DNA of 64,000 bases from Octopus vulgaris (GCA_951406725.2 OX597838.1:30752001-30816000), one strand, 5' to 3'. Counted from the first letter of the stretch, positions 13,823 to 28,100 are shown. Translations and numbers: made by a program. Notes: generated from the sequence alone by a model not told the origin.

Positions 13823-14074
13823 TATTGGTAGCACAAAAGCCTCTATGTTTTGAAAACACCTTCGTAAAAAAAGGAGTGTATGTGTTAGCACGAACTAACT
13901 CTGTACGTACTTTCTACACTTCAGAATTTTGCATGCTGTAATAGGATATTGACCTTTGTTTTTGCCGTTTCGTGCACCTCGCCCCGTTTGTACTTCCACA
14001 CGACTTGTTTGTCGAGGGGACAGACAGAATGGCGGGGATGGGAAATGTCTGATATTTACTTCGGCGGTATGGGC

Positions 14075-14097
14075 AGGTCACGTGACCTCTGACGTCA
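14075..14097. promoter_or_regulatory. Palindromic extended E-box (AGGTCACGTGACCT) next to a full CRE (TGACGTCA)
   Basis: Two perfect palindromic sites 1 bp apart in unique sequence. No functional evidence. Confidence 0.35.
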
Positions 14098-14417
14098 ACA
14101 CGCTTCCATTAATGTCTGTGCGGAAAATCTTTCCTCTTAGTCTGTGAGAAATAATTCGATATTTCGGGGTGTGTGTGTATGTTGTGAAAGAAATAATTCC
14201 GTTTTCTTTTATTCTACTTTTGTTTTTCTTTTTCCTTCCTTCTTCAGAAACGAAAAAGTGAAGACGGCGGCGGCGGCGAAAGGGAAGGACGGGAGGCACG
14301 GCGAACATCTTAGATTGGGCAATCCCAAAGAAAGAAAGAAGGAAAGAAGGAAAGAGAAATTCAAACAAGTAAATCAGGAAACTGAAATGGAGACCTATCC
14401 TACACACACACACATGC

Positions 14418-14483
<66 letters not shown>

Positions 14484-14600
14484 ATATACATGCATTAAGA
14501 GATTCATGCGCAAACATACATACATGTTTGCACATATGAATATATATATATATATGAATGCATTTATCTATATATATATCTATGCATATATGTATGTTTG

Positions 14601-14689
<89 letters not shown>

Positions 14690-14717
14690 GTATATATATA
14701 TGTATATGTATATATAT

Positions 14718-14755
<38 letters not shown>

Positions 14756-14863
14756 GTAAATATATATGTATATATATATATATGTGTGTGTATACGCATG
14801 TATACAGGCGCACACACACATATACATATGTAGATGCATAATTATTTGTATATTATATATGCA

Positions 14864-14899
<36 letters not shown>

Positions 14900-14966
14900 T
14901 ATGCATATATTTAAACATATAAAATTATATATATATGTATAAGAAATAAAAAAAGGAAAATACGAA

Positions 14967-15013
<47 letters not shown>

Positions 15014-15040
15014 TATATGTATATGAAGTAATGTTAGTAA

Positions 15041-15089
<49 letters not shown>

Positions 15090-15113
15090 TATATGTATAT
15101 GAAGTAATTTTAG

Positions 15114-15222
<109 letters not shown>

Positions 15223-15599
15223 GTGTATATATATATATATGGCTTATATGTAACTGTGTATGTGTGTATGTGTGTATGTGTGCATGTGTGTATGTATATG
15301 TGTGTGTGTTTGTGAATGAATGCATGTATATAATCCACCCTTACTTTCCTGAATGTCATCAAGTACGTACCCAAAGACATAAGCAAGAGAATCATTACTT
15401 TATTCTCAAACAAACCACTTTAAAACAGGGCGGTCTGACTAACACAACGCTCCACTGTGAAGGCAGCCATTACAGAAATAAATAAATACATAAATAAATA
15501 AATAAATAAAAATTTAGCACTCACCGATAACAAGTAACAATGGGAGAAGCCTACTTGCAGTTACTCGACGTGTTAAACATAGCAGTCAAATCTACCTAT

Positions 15600-16012
15600 T
15601 TGTTTTATTACCCACAAGGGGCTAAACACAGAGGGGACAAACAAGGACAGACAAACGGATTAAGTCGATTACATCGACCCCAGTGCGTAACTGGTACTTA
15701 ATTTATCGACCCCGAAAGGTTGAAAGGCAAAGTCGACCTCGGCGGAATTTGAACTCAGAACGTACCGGCAGACGAAATACCTATTTCTTTATTACCCACA
15801 AGGGGCTAAACACAGAGGGGACAAACAAGGACAGACATAGGTATTAAGTCGATTACATTGATCCCAGTTCGTAACTGGTACTTAATTTATCGACCCCGAA
15901 AGGATGAAAGGCAAAGTCGACCTCGGCGGAATTTGAACCCAGAAGGTAAAGGCAGACGAAATACCGCTAAGCATTTCGCCCGGCGTGCTAACGGTTCTGC
16001 CAGCTCGCCGCC
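15600..16012 (-). mobile_element. SINE family B tandem dimer
   Basis: Two head-to-tail units of about 180 bp sharing one 5' head. Confidence 0.9.
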
Positions 16013-16694
16013 TTTTAGCAGTCAAATCTACCTGAAATTCCCCCACCCTCACCGTTCCATTCACGCGTACCCTCGTGTCTGAGAAAATGTCACTTCGGAT
16101 AACGTGGTCCGGAGTGTCTCTACCTGTATATAGGGAAACGAAGAGATGGGCACGGATGGAATGTATTTGCTTGCTCGACTGCTGGATCAGAGTTGAACTG
16201 AGGCTAAAACCACGCCAACAACAATGGTTTCAAATTTTTTGCACAAAGCGAGCAGTTTTGGGGAGGGGGAGGGGGGTTAAATCGATTACATCGATCCCAG
16301 TATTTAACTGGTACTAATTTTATCGATCGCGAAGTTAACCTCGGCGGAATTTGAACTCAGAACATAAAGAAGGACGGAACGCCGCTAAGCATTTTGCCCG
16401 TCTGGCGGTGGACGATTCTTTCCAATAACAACAACAAAAACAACAAACAATGGACTACCCTTGTGTAGTTGTTCGATCTGCTAAAAATAGCAGCTAAATT
16501 CTTATCACGACTAAATTTCTCACGACGAATCAGGTGCGTAGTTAAGGAGCCTGATTCACAACCACGTAGCTTCGGTTTCCATCCCTCTGTGCGGCACATT
16601 GGCCAAATGTCTTCTAATACAGCCCCAGCATGACCAACGCCATGTGAGTGAATTTGCTAAACAGAAACTCTAGTGTGTATGTATATATATATAA

Positions 16695-17210
16695 TAAATT
16701 AATAAATAAAATAAAACATATGCATATATACATACATATATGTACGTACCTACCTCTACATGTATATATACATGCATATATGGGTATAGGACACCAAAAA
16801 ACGTCGAACATAATGAGAAACGAAAACAAACACAAAACCAAGGATATGGACATTTTTCTTAAACAAAAAAAAAATAGAGTACAGGACATACAATACAAGG
16901 AAAATTCCCCTTTTCAGTCGCCTCTGTTTCATCTACTCCGCGTTTCGAAGGTCAAGGCGAGACACGACTTCAATAAAACATTCCTTCCCGCAAAAGGTAA
17001 ATTAAATAAAATTTGAGATTTTTTTGCGGAGGGATAAAAATGGTAACAAAGATAGGACAGTAAAGACAGTACAAAATATAAACAGTAAAGGATAGGACAA
17101 GGAGAATAACAGTAACACAAACATTGAGAGTTGTTAAGCCAGAATGAAAGAAAAAATGTTATGAACGCTTTTGAGGACGGCAAGAGAGAGACAAAAAAAT
17201 ATACACATAT
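16695..17210 (-). mobile_element. Alpha unit: non-coding, TA-associated repeat (possible Penelope-like pLTR or non-autonomous retroelement)
   Basis: Homologous to 19795-20260 and 12782-13040; carries the permuted hammerhead-like motif at 16907-16967, whose core is damaged (CTGAAAA). Confidence 0.7.
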
Positions 17211-17221
17211 GCGTACATATA

Positions 17222-17275
<54 letters not shown>

Positions 17276-17514
17276 CATACAAACATACATATATATATAT
17301 ATGTATTAGGTGCATTTGGGCCTCTTTTAGGTTGCTGCTGTTACAAATTTTCTTCTTCCTCGGTTATTTATTGTGATTCTAATGCAAGAAGTCCATTGGA
17401 GATGTCATCTCAGGAAAAATACTGAATTAACTGGCCTAGAAACAATGTACATTCATTAAGTATGCTGTATAAGTGATTACTTTACTTAAAAACCTCTTCA
17501 ATTACGTATGCAAG

Positions 17515-17562
<48 letters not shown>

Positions 17563-17620
17563 ACAAGAACGTATAACTCTTAGAAGACGAATATTATATA
17601 TGAATATATATATGAATTTC

Positions 17621-17673
<53 letters not shown>

Positions 17674-17695
17674 GTATATGTATATATATAAATAC

Positions 17696-17768
<73 letters not shown>

Positions 17769-17841
17769 TGTGTGTGTATATATATATACGTATATATATA
17801 TGTATGTATATGTATGTATGTATGTATATATGTATATATAC

Positions 17842-17875
<34 letters not shown>

Positions 17876-18494
17876 GTGCCTATGTGTGTATGTATATATA
17901 CATTCATAGATACATACACACACACTATGTATATGTATGTAAGTATGTATGTATGTATAAATGGTAATGTCGGTTGGTACATAAGCATGTGTGTTTCGCT
18001 ATACATTCTGCTTCCTTCTACGTCACTCATTTTCCTTTTATTCTTTATTTAGAATAAAAAAAAAACTTGTTCCTTCATTCTACCAATGTAGAACATGTTT
18101 TTAAAATATCATAAGTGACAAACGCATTTTATTTTAGTTTTTAGATTAATTTCTTTTTTTTTTCTTACGTTTAAACATGCCATACCAATGAAGAATGGGA
18201 AATTCCATTTTTTACTATTTTTTTTTTTTGCTCACTCACATCTAGAAATTTAAGCTAAAAAACACTCTCACGAGGCTGAGGATAGAGAGAGAGAGAGATA
18301 GAGAGAGGGGGGGGGGGGAGAGAGTGAGTGAGTGAGTGAGTGGGGGACAAATAGAGGGGGAAGAGAGAGACAGAGAGACAAACAGAGAGAGGAAGTGAGA
18401 AAGAAAACGTGAAACAGGCATAAAAAACACAGCAAAAACTCTCTGAAAAAACTGCACTTGATGTTTGTTTTCACTCTTATGAAACATGCTTATG

Positions 18495-18565
18495 TTATCT
18501 ATCTACCTACCTATCTATCTTTCTATCTATCTATCTATCTATATATCTATCTATCTATCTAAATT

Positions 18566-18596
<31 letters not shown>

Positions 18597-18701
18597 ATCT
18601 ATCTATCAATCTATCTTTCTATCTATCTATCTTTCTATCTATCTATCTATCTATCTATCTATTTATCTATCTATCTTTTTTTATTTCTTTCTTTCTATCT
18701 A

Positions 18702-18733
<32 letters not shown>

Positions 18734-18750
18734 CCTGTCTGTTTGTCTGC

Positions 18751-18821
<71 letters not shown>

Positions 18822-18851
18822 GTTACCTATCTCTCTCTCTCTCTCTCTCTA

Positions 18852-18894
<43 letters not shown>

Positions 18895-18985
18895 GTCTGT
18901 CTGTCTATCTATATGTCTGTCTATCAATCTGTTTATCTGTCTGTATGTCTGTCTGATTGTCTACCTGTCTGTCTATCTATCTATA
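18495..18985. repeat. (TATC)n/(TGTC)n/(TTTC)n compound microsatellite
   Basis: Seen directly. Confidence 0.95.
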
Positions 18986-19514
18986 GGCGCAGGCGTGGCG
19001 GTGTGGTAAGAGGTTTGCTTCCCAACCACATGGTTCCAGGTTCAGTCCCACTGCGTGGCACCTTGGGCAAGTGTCTTCTACTATACCTGTATTTACGTTT
19101 TTGCTGTAAAGAATTTTTCGTGTAACGTTTGAGAGTTATAAATCACAAGCTTATGGTGAAATTCTTCTTAATATTCTAAAACAAAAAAAGAAGATTTTTG
19201 CGTTCTTTAACTCCTAGAAATGTGCCAATTCTTAGCTCCTAGAAAGTGACTAATTTTAGCACCCAGAAAATTCCATTTACCTAAATTTGTCAACGGAATT
19301 AAGGTCAGTACCAATGTCTTGACAAACATACCACCACCCACCTCCTACGAGTTAAACCCAGTTCGCCTGAATTCTAAACGAATATTTTTAGAATTTGGAT
19401 AATTCTTAGAACTCCATAACCTTTTTTTTTTTTTTACTTTGGCAAACATCTTCCCGTCAAGTTTGTTTTCAATGTCACAAGGGCAAGGGAGTAAACATTG
19501 AAGCCATTTGTGTG

Positions 19515-19559
<45 letters not shown>

Positions 19560-19585
19560 AATATATATATGTATATGTATATGTA

Positions 19586-19636
<51 letters not shown>

Positions 19637-19711
19637 AACCGGTAAAAAGAACTTTCACCTAATTAAATTACTTAAATTACTTCAATTATTTGTCAGCATT
19701 TTCTTCATTTC

Positions 19712-19753
<42 letters not shown>

Positions 19754-19794
19754 GAACAATCTTACTTAGAAATGGATGCGTGCGTTCAGTCATA

Positions 19795-20260
19795 TATGAA
19801 TAAATAAATAAAACATATGCATATATACATACATACATATATGTACGAACCTACCTCTACATGTATATATACATGCATATATGGGTACAGGACACCAAAA
19901 AAACGTCGAACACAATGAGAAACGAAAACACAAACACAAAACCAAGGAAATGGACATTTTTTTTAAACAACGAAAAAATAGAGTACAGGACATACAAAAC
20001 AAGGAACATTCCCCTTCTTCAGTCGCCTTTGTTTCATCTAATCCACGTTTCGAAGGTGAAGGCGATACATGACTTGAAATGAAATTTTCCTTCCCGCGGA
20101 AATCAAATTAAATAAAATCTGAGATTTTTTTGCGGAGGGGTAAAAATGGTAACAAAAACAGGTCAGTAACGACAGTACAAAATATAAACAGGACAACGGA
20201 GAATAACAGTAACACAAACAAGGAGGGCTGTTAAGCCAAACGAGATAATTTTTTTTTCGA
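19795..20260 (-). mobile_element. Alpha unit
   Basis: Homologous to 16695-17210. Confidence 0.7.
20011..20072 (-). ncRNA. Non-circularly permuted hammerhead-like ribozyme, subfamily alpha, intact core
   Basis: Minus strand: TCATGT-A|TCGCCTT-cac-CTTC-GAAACGTGG-linker-AAGGCGA-CTGAAGA-A-GGGG. Stems III, I and II can all pair. Confidence 0.65.
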
Positions 20261-20269
20261 ACGCTATTC

Positions 20270-20680
20270 TTTGGGATCGGCAGAGCAACAGATTTTACCG
20301 TCCCTATTTATATGTCCTGTACTCTATTTTTTCACTGTCCTGTTTTTCATACCAAATTTGATCTTCCGCAAATCCCAAATTTTCTTTTGGTTCGCGGGAG
20401 CAACTGCCTTTCGAAGCCTCCTATTGTTGTTAATTGCTCGAAATAAGAAGTACATGGACAGCCGACAACTGATGAAGGGTCGTCCTTTATGTTACTTGTC
20501 TTGTTTTCCATTTGCTTCTCTCGTTGTTCGCATACCAAAGTTTGTCTTCGTATTTCATGTTGTTTACGTTTTGTGACGTCCTGTACCCATATATGCATAT
20601 AAATATGCATGTATATGCATGTATGTACATATATGTATATATATATATGCAAGTATATAAATATATATTTTATTTATATT
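20270..20680 (+). mobile_element. Beta unit, back to back with the alpha unit
   Basis: Shares the 3' end GTCCTGTACCCATATATGCAT with alpha; permuted motif at 20417-20480; homologous to 6520-6650. Confidence 0.65.
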
Positions 20681-20681
20681 A

Positions 20682-20729
<48 letters not shown>

Positions 20730-20756
20730 TATATGTACATATACATACATATATAT

Positions 20757-20795
<39 letters not shown>

Positions 20796-21054
20796 TACAC
20801 ACACACACACACAAACACACATACATAAGTAAATAAATGGGGTTCAATGCATTCAACTCCATTTATTTACTTATACTACACAAATTACTGCACATTAACC
20901 CGGAGTTTCTATCTTTGAATAGGTCGCTACATCCTTGTTACTTGCGTGAATTTTGCTACCCTGGTAACTGTTTATTGAATTTCCCGTGTTTACTGTAAAC
21001 AAATGATAATTCATTCATTCATTTATATATATATATATATATATATGTATACAC

Positions 21055-21268
21055 TTTCCTACTCTAGGCAGAAGGCCCGAAATTTTGGGGGAGGGGGTAG
21101 TCGATTAGATCGACCCCAGTACGCAACTGGTACTTAATCTATCGACCCTCAAAAGGATGAAACGCGAAGTCGACCTCGTTGGAATTTGAACTCAGAACTT
21201 AAAGACAGATTAAATATCACTAAGCATTTCGCCCGGCGTGCTAACGTTTCTGCCAGCTCGACGCGCCT
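21055..21268 (-). mobile_element. SINE family B
   Basis: Match to family B consensus. Confidence 0.85.
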
Positions 21269-21288
21269 TTACACACACACACAGACAA

Positions 21289-21319
<31 letters not shown>

Positions 21320-21659
21320 AGTATAGAATCCCGCCCAAATAAAAATTCGGTCAAAATCTTCCTCCACTCTCCAACGCAAGTGCAAATATGTTGCAAGAGA
21401 GATTTTCATTTTCGCTTAGTCCATTGTCGCTGTAGTTGTGCATTGTTGCTGCTGCCGCTGCTGCTGCCGCTGCTGCTGCCGATGGTCGTGGGTGGTGGTG
21501 GTGGTGGTGGTAGTGATGATGATGGTTGATGTGGTGGTTGTGGTGGTAGTGGATTTGACGATGATGCGGATGATGATGAGGTTTGACACAGATTTTTGTT
21601 AACTTCCTCTGCCCAAATTCCTTCCCAAGTCTTTCTCCAAGTCCTAAACTATTTGCACA

Positions 21660-21711
21660 TGCACACATACATACATGCTTACATACATACATGCTTACAT
21701 ACATACATGCA

Positions 21712-21743
<32 letters not shown>

Positions 21744-22420
21744 CATACATACATACATACATACATGCATTCATACATACATACATAAATACATACATAC
21801 ATGCATACATACATACATACATACATACATCCATGTATGCATACATACATACATGCATGCATGCATACATACATATATACATACTTACATACATACATAC
21901 ATAAATACATACATACATACATACATACATACATACATACATACATACATACATACGTACATACATACATACATACATGCATGCATACATACATACATAC
22001 ATACATACATACATACATACATACATACATACATACATACATGCATGCATGCATACATACGTACATACACACATACGTACATACGTACATACGTACATAC
22101 ATACATACATACATACATACATACATACATGCATACATACATACATACATGCATAAATACATACATACATACATACATACATAAATACATACATGCATAA
22201 ATACATACATACATACATACATACATACATACATACATACATACATACATGCATGCATACATACATACATACATGCAGACAGACAGACAAACAGACAGTC
22301 GGATAGATAGACAGACAGATAGACAGACGGATAGACAGACGGATAGACAGACGGATAGACAGACGGATAGACAGATGGATAGACAGATAGATAGATTTGA
22401 TAGATAGATTTGATAGATAG
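21660..22420. repeat. (TACA)n then (GACA/GATA)n compound microsatellite
   Basis: Seen directly. Confidence 0.97.
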
Positions 22421-22964
22421 AGAGTTGCGTTTTGTGAGTCTGAGTTTGTGAAAAACGCGCCAATTGTATGTGTGTCATTAAAGGGAGATAAATCTCTTAT
22501 CAATGCACCTCACTCACCAGGTGAAGTCAATAGAGATCAATAAAAATAAACAGTTGAATATTGGAGATCAATGAAATTGACTCTAAGTCTAGAAGGCTTT
22601 CGGCTAATTTTGGTCGATTACATTTGACTTAAAACCTTTGCAGGCGATGATGCCCCAGCATGGACGCAGTACAGTGACAGCAAAACCAGTGGAAGAGAGA
22701 ATAAATATATTAGGGTTAGTTAGGGTTAGGGGTGGGGGGAAGGGTATCTTTTTTTCTTCAGAAATATAAATAAACTCAATCTGTTTCTTAAACGACAAAA
22801 GTGACAGCGGAATGACACCCACCACAACACCAACAACAACAACGCCACACCACCACCACCACCACCACCACCAAAGGTGCAGTGAACGCCAACAGGATTC
22901 GAAACCCTGACTATAAATAAATATAACTAAACACTTCTTAAATTACCATTTCTTATATTCCACT

Positions 22965-23362
22965 GGGATCTTTTCGGTTTGAACGGCAGTTTTTTAAAAT
23001 AATTTCTACGTAACTAAACACTTTTAAACTTCGTATACTTGTAGAATGTGTTTATAAAACATCTTTTTCTCTTGGCTTTATTGAGAAAATTCTATAGTTT
23101 GTAAGATATTTGTTGTTTTTTTCTTCAATTTCTGCAATTTCAACCAATCAATGACGTCTATTGAGGTAAAAAAACATTCTGTGCCGTATGAATATGTCCC
23201 TCGTTTAAGAAACATATTGGGTTTATTTACATTTATGAACCGTAACCCCCTAACCCTAAAAGCAGATTGAAATGCAATGGATCGATACTAGGGTCATAAT
23301 TATGGGTGACAATTTCATATGACACCGCTAGAAAAAACTGCCGTTCAAACCGAAAAGATCCC
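22965..23362. mobile_element. MITE with terminal inverted repeats of about 30 bp
   Basis: GGGATCTTTTCGGTTTGAACGGCAGTTTTTT ... AAAAAACTGCCGTTCAAACCGAAAAGATCCC; no clear TSD. Confidence 0.85.
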
Positions 23363-24045
23363 TAATACCGGTTAATAGCATATGCAAGTACAAAAAAAAA
23401 AAATGACCCAAAGAAATTAGCGATGGAAGGTTTTATGAGGTTTTATTTTGAATTTAAAAAATCTTTCAGTAAATGTAGCATGAAATTGAACAATATATTT
23501 AGTTTGATGACCTCTGAATGTAAACATTCTGGAAGTTTCGCTTTCCACATCTCTTGATAACTACTTCCTGTTTACCCGATGCCAAAAGAGCTGTCGCATT
23601 CCAATTATTCTTAACATTTCAACGAATTAAACTCTCCAGGAATTCAATATTCTGGTGTTTATCTTTTAAAAATCAAAGTTTTTTTTTTTTTTTTTTTAAG
23701 TAGCGTAGTTTAAAGTCTTCAAAACTAAAACTTCACTGTCGTTAGAATTTGTTTAAGCTAATTACGAAGAGCTGAATGGATATCGTTTGTTTACATTATC
23801 GACCATTACCGTTGTTCGCTTGTTTACATAATCAACTACATTAACCCCCGGCTTGAACCTGTGACATTTTCCTTCACCCCGTATGACCTTCGTTGTTATC
23901 GTTGGCTAATTCAAAGTGTGGGAAAGTCATCATTGCGGCCTAGGAATCTGGCTAAACTTCGGTAATTGGAAAAAATCAAAGGGAAATGAAAAAACCTCAT
24001 TAGGGGATAAGTCAAATAATTGTCACGTCGAGATACGTACATGAA

Positions 24046-24117
<72 letters not shown>

Positions 24118-24219
24118 CATACATACATATATATATATATATCATATATATATATATATATATCTATCTATCTATGTATATATTATATATATATATATAT
24201 ATGTATATATAAGTATACA

Positions 24220-24281
<62 letters not shown>

Positions 24282-24424
24282 GATATAAATATATGTATGT
24301 ATACATGAGTATATGTATGTATTTGTACGTATATAAGTGTGTGTGTGTGTGTATGTGTGTGTGTAATATATATATATATATATACATATATATGTGTATA
24401 TATATATACATATATATGTATATA

Positions 24425-24465
<41 letters not shown>

Positions 24466-24483
24466 TAGTATATATATACGAAT

Positions 24484-24544
<61 letters not shown>

Positions 24545-24830
24545 GCGTGGCACTCCGTCGGTTGCGATGACGAGGATCCCAGTTGATCCGATCAACAGAA
24601 TAGCCTGCTCATGGAATTAACGTGCAAGTGGCTGAGCACTCTACAGACACGTGTACTAAGGAAGATTCGGCGTGACACAGAGTGTTACAAGCCTGGCCAT
24701 TTGAAATACAGGTACAATAGAAACAGCAGGGTTCCTGCCGTGGGAACACTCACAACGCCCGATCTGGGAATCGAAACCGCGATCCTACGACCGCGAGTCC
24801 GCTACCCTGACCACTGGACCATTGCGCCTC
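24545..24830 (-). mobile_element. SINE family C (tRNA-like head), internally deleted
   Basis: Minus-strand head GGCGCAATGGTCCAGTGGTCAGGG...GGTTTCGATTCCC; body also seen at about 11330, 39925/40320 and 41620. Confidence 0.75.
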
Positions 24831-24847
24831 TACATATATGTATATAT

Positions 24848-24883
<36 letters not shown>

Positions 24884-25134
24884 TAAAGAATTAGCTTAGT
24901 GGTCTGTGGAACGTAAGTAAATTGTGAGTTTACGTCAAGTAAATTAATAAAAACAGTTATATTTTTACGGAGATGTACTTGCATAGCAAGAGACTCGATC
25001 TGAGGTCGTGTGCTGAAACAGAAAACAATTGCAGCGTGGAAAGGGTTTATAAGCCATTTAAATCAAATTTATATGTTGAAGTGAATCCAACGGTTTTTGT
25101 GTGTTTTTAAGTTATATATTTGTTTTATTATATA

Positions 25135-25780
<646 letters not shown>

Positions 25781-25934
25781 TTATGGGTTTTATTTCCTTT
25801 TCTTGCCGAGTATTTCCCCAACACCTAGGGCAAAGAAACTCGCTGTGTACACTGATAATCCATCGAAATAAACACACCAGATTGTTCCCCCACCATCGCT
25901 TATGTCCCCGTAAATATATATACGCATATATTCT

Positions 25935-26310
25935 TTTATTCTTCCATTCTTTTATTTGTTTCAGTCATCTGACTGCGGCCATGCTGGAACATCGTCCTTA
26001 GTCGAACAAATCGATCCAAGAAGTTTTTATTTGTAAGCCTAATACTTATTCTATCGGTCTCTTAGGCCGACCCCTAAATAACGAGGACATAAGCGATGGT
26101 GGGGGACAAACAAACATATACATACATATATACATATATATATATATACGATGGGTTTCTTTTCAGCTTCCGTTTACCAAATCCACTCGCAAGGCTATGG
26201 TTGGTCCGAGGCTATAACAGAAGACACTTGCCCCAAGGTGTCACGCATTGAGACTGAACCCGGAACCATGTGGTTGGTAGGCAAGCTACTTACAGCACAG
26301 CCACTCCTAT
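25935..26310 (-). mobile_element. SINE family A, diverged
   Basis: Match to family A consensus. Confidence 0.85.
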
Positions 26311-26336
26311 AGTTATATATGAACAAACTGTATATG

Positions 26337-26405
<69 letters not shown>

Positions 26406-26459
26406 GTACGTATGTATGTATATATATATGTATATAGTGTATGTATGTATGTATGTATG

Positions 26460-26504
<45 letters not shown>

Positions 26505-26889
26505 GTGAATCATTATACATGTACATGTGTACATACATACATGCACAGAAATACATAGAGACACTCCTTATACACAGTATGTGTGCGTGTGTATATATGT
26601 GTGTATATATGTGTGTGTGCGTGTGCATATACATTTGAGGGCGTGTATATAATCCGGATAGGAACTCAAAACACGAAAGGGAGACACAGATTCGCTTCCA
26701 GCAGTGGATCGTCCCCCTTTGATCCTCAATGTCTGTGGGTCACTGGAATTGACAGCCAATTAATAATAAAATGTGTGTCTGTGGCTATATATTACATAAA
26801 TAAATATATTATTCATTCATTCGTAGATTTGACTTCCACAAATAAGACATATATATCTATATATACATATATACATATACATACATACA

Positions 26890-26943
<54 letters not shown>

Positions 26944-26964
26944 CAAATATATACATATATATAT

Positions 26965-27007
<43 letters not shown>

Positions 27008-27026
27008 AATATATACATATATATAT

Positions 27027-27081
<55 letters not shown>

Positions 27082-27295
27082 CAAGTCCAAAAGAGAAACA
27101 GGAAAAAACAACAAAAGTCAATTAGATGTACACAGTGAGACAAAAAAAGTAGGAGTGGAAATAAGGTTTCGAGCATGGCTCTTTGTCGGAAAGAGGAAAA
27201 AGTGGAAGGGGTAGATCGTCCAGAGGAAAGCACCTTTGTCGTTACATGGGTATATTTATAAAATATGATATATATATAGAGAGAGAGAGAGAGAC

Positions 27296-27353
<58 letters not shown>

Positions 27354-27359
27354 CAGGAA

Positions 27360-28100
27360 AAATCTTCTGAGGAGGTACTCCCATCCAACAAGTGCTTCGG
27401 TCCTTATGCCTGACACACTACGAGAGCCGGGCCCACCCAGATCACGACTCCTAGGTATCCTCCCGCTGCTTTCCAAAATCCTATCTCCAGCGGGATTTGA
27501 TCCTGGGCCGCTCTCTTGTTCCCAGGTCTGTGTTTCAGCCCACCACACCACTCTGACCGACGAAGGAACCAGTAATCTTCTTCCTTTTATTTCTGTAAAT
27601 AACCAATGGAATCCACAACTCGGTCCATTCTTCTTCGGCCTCTGATACTCTACTGCCCGATTAGTCTACAGGCTGATGCAATCACGAATCCTCGCGATCC
27701 AACTCCAACCGGTTTCACAGTTCAGCGGTAGCTCACTCACAAGCTGCTTTGCCATCTCATCAAATTTGCTCATCTGAAAGAAGTCCTGCTCTTCTATGTG
27801 GCTCTCGTTTGTTACTAACAATCCGATGAGAATCCCTTTGGCACACGATTCAGACCATAAGACAATATCTGGTCTCAAACGGTTCTTGGTGGTGAACTCT
27901 GGTTAATTCTTGCGCTTCTCACCGATGTCTGCAACTATTTCCCAGGAATCCAACTAGGTTCTCTCCAGTAACAAATTCATATCTTGATATCTTCTCCGCT
28001 CCAACCCGTTCTTTTAATTCTTTGGTTACAAATGACAATTTTTATTTGGTTCTGACCCACTGCATTTGGTCACATATTGAAGTCAATCATTCCAGCATTT
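27360..28100 (-). mobile_element. 3' fragment of an RLE-type non-LTR retrotransposon (HERO/NeSL-like), decayed
   Basis: Translates SWEIVADIG...RLRPDIVLWSES.AKGILIGLLVTNESHIEE...SKFDEM, resembling the RPDIV..S...E PD-(D/E)xK endonuclease motif; stops are present. Confidence 0.7.

Noticed and set aside
22710-22732. TTAGGG repeats as an interstitial telomere
   Set aside because: Only about three imperfect units.
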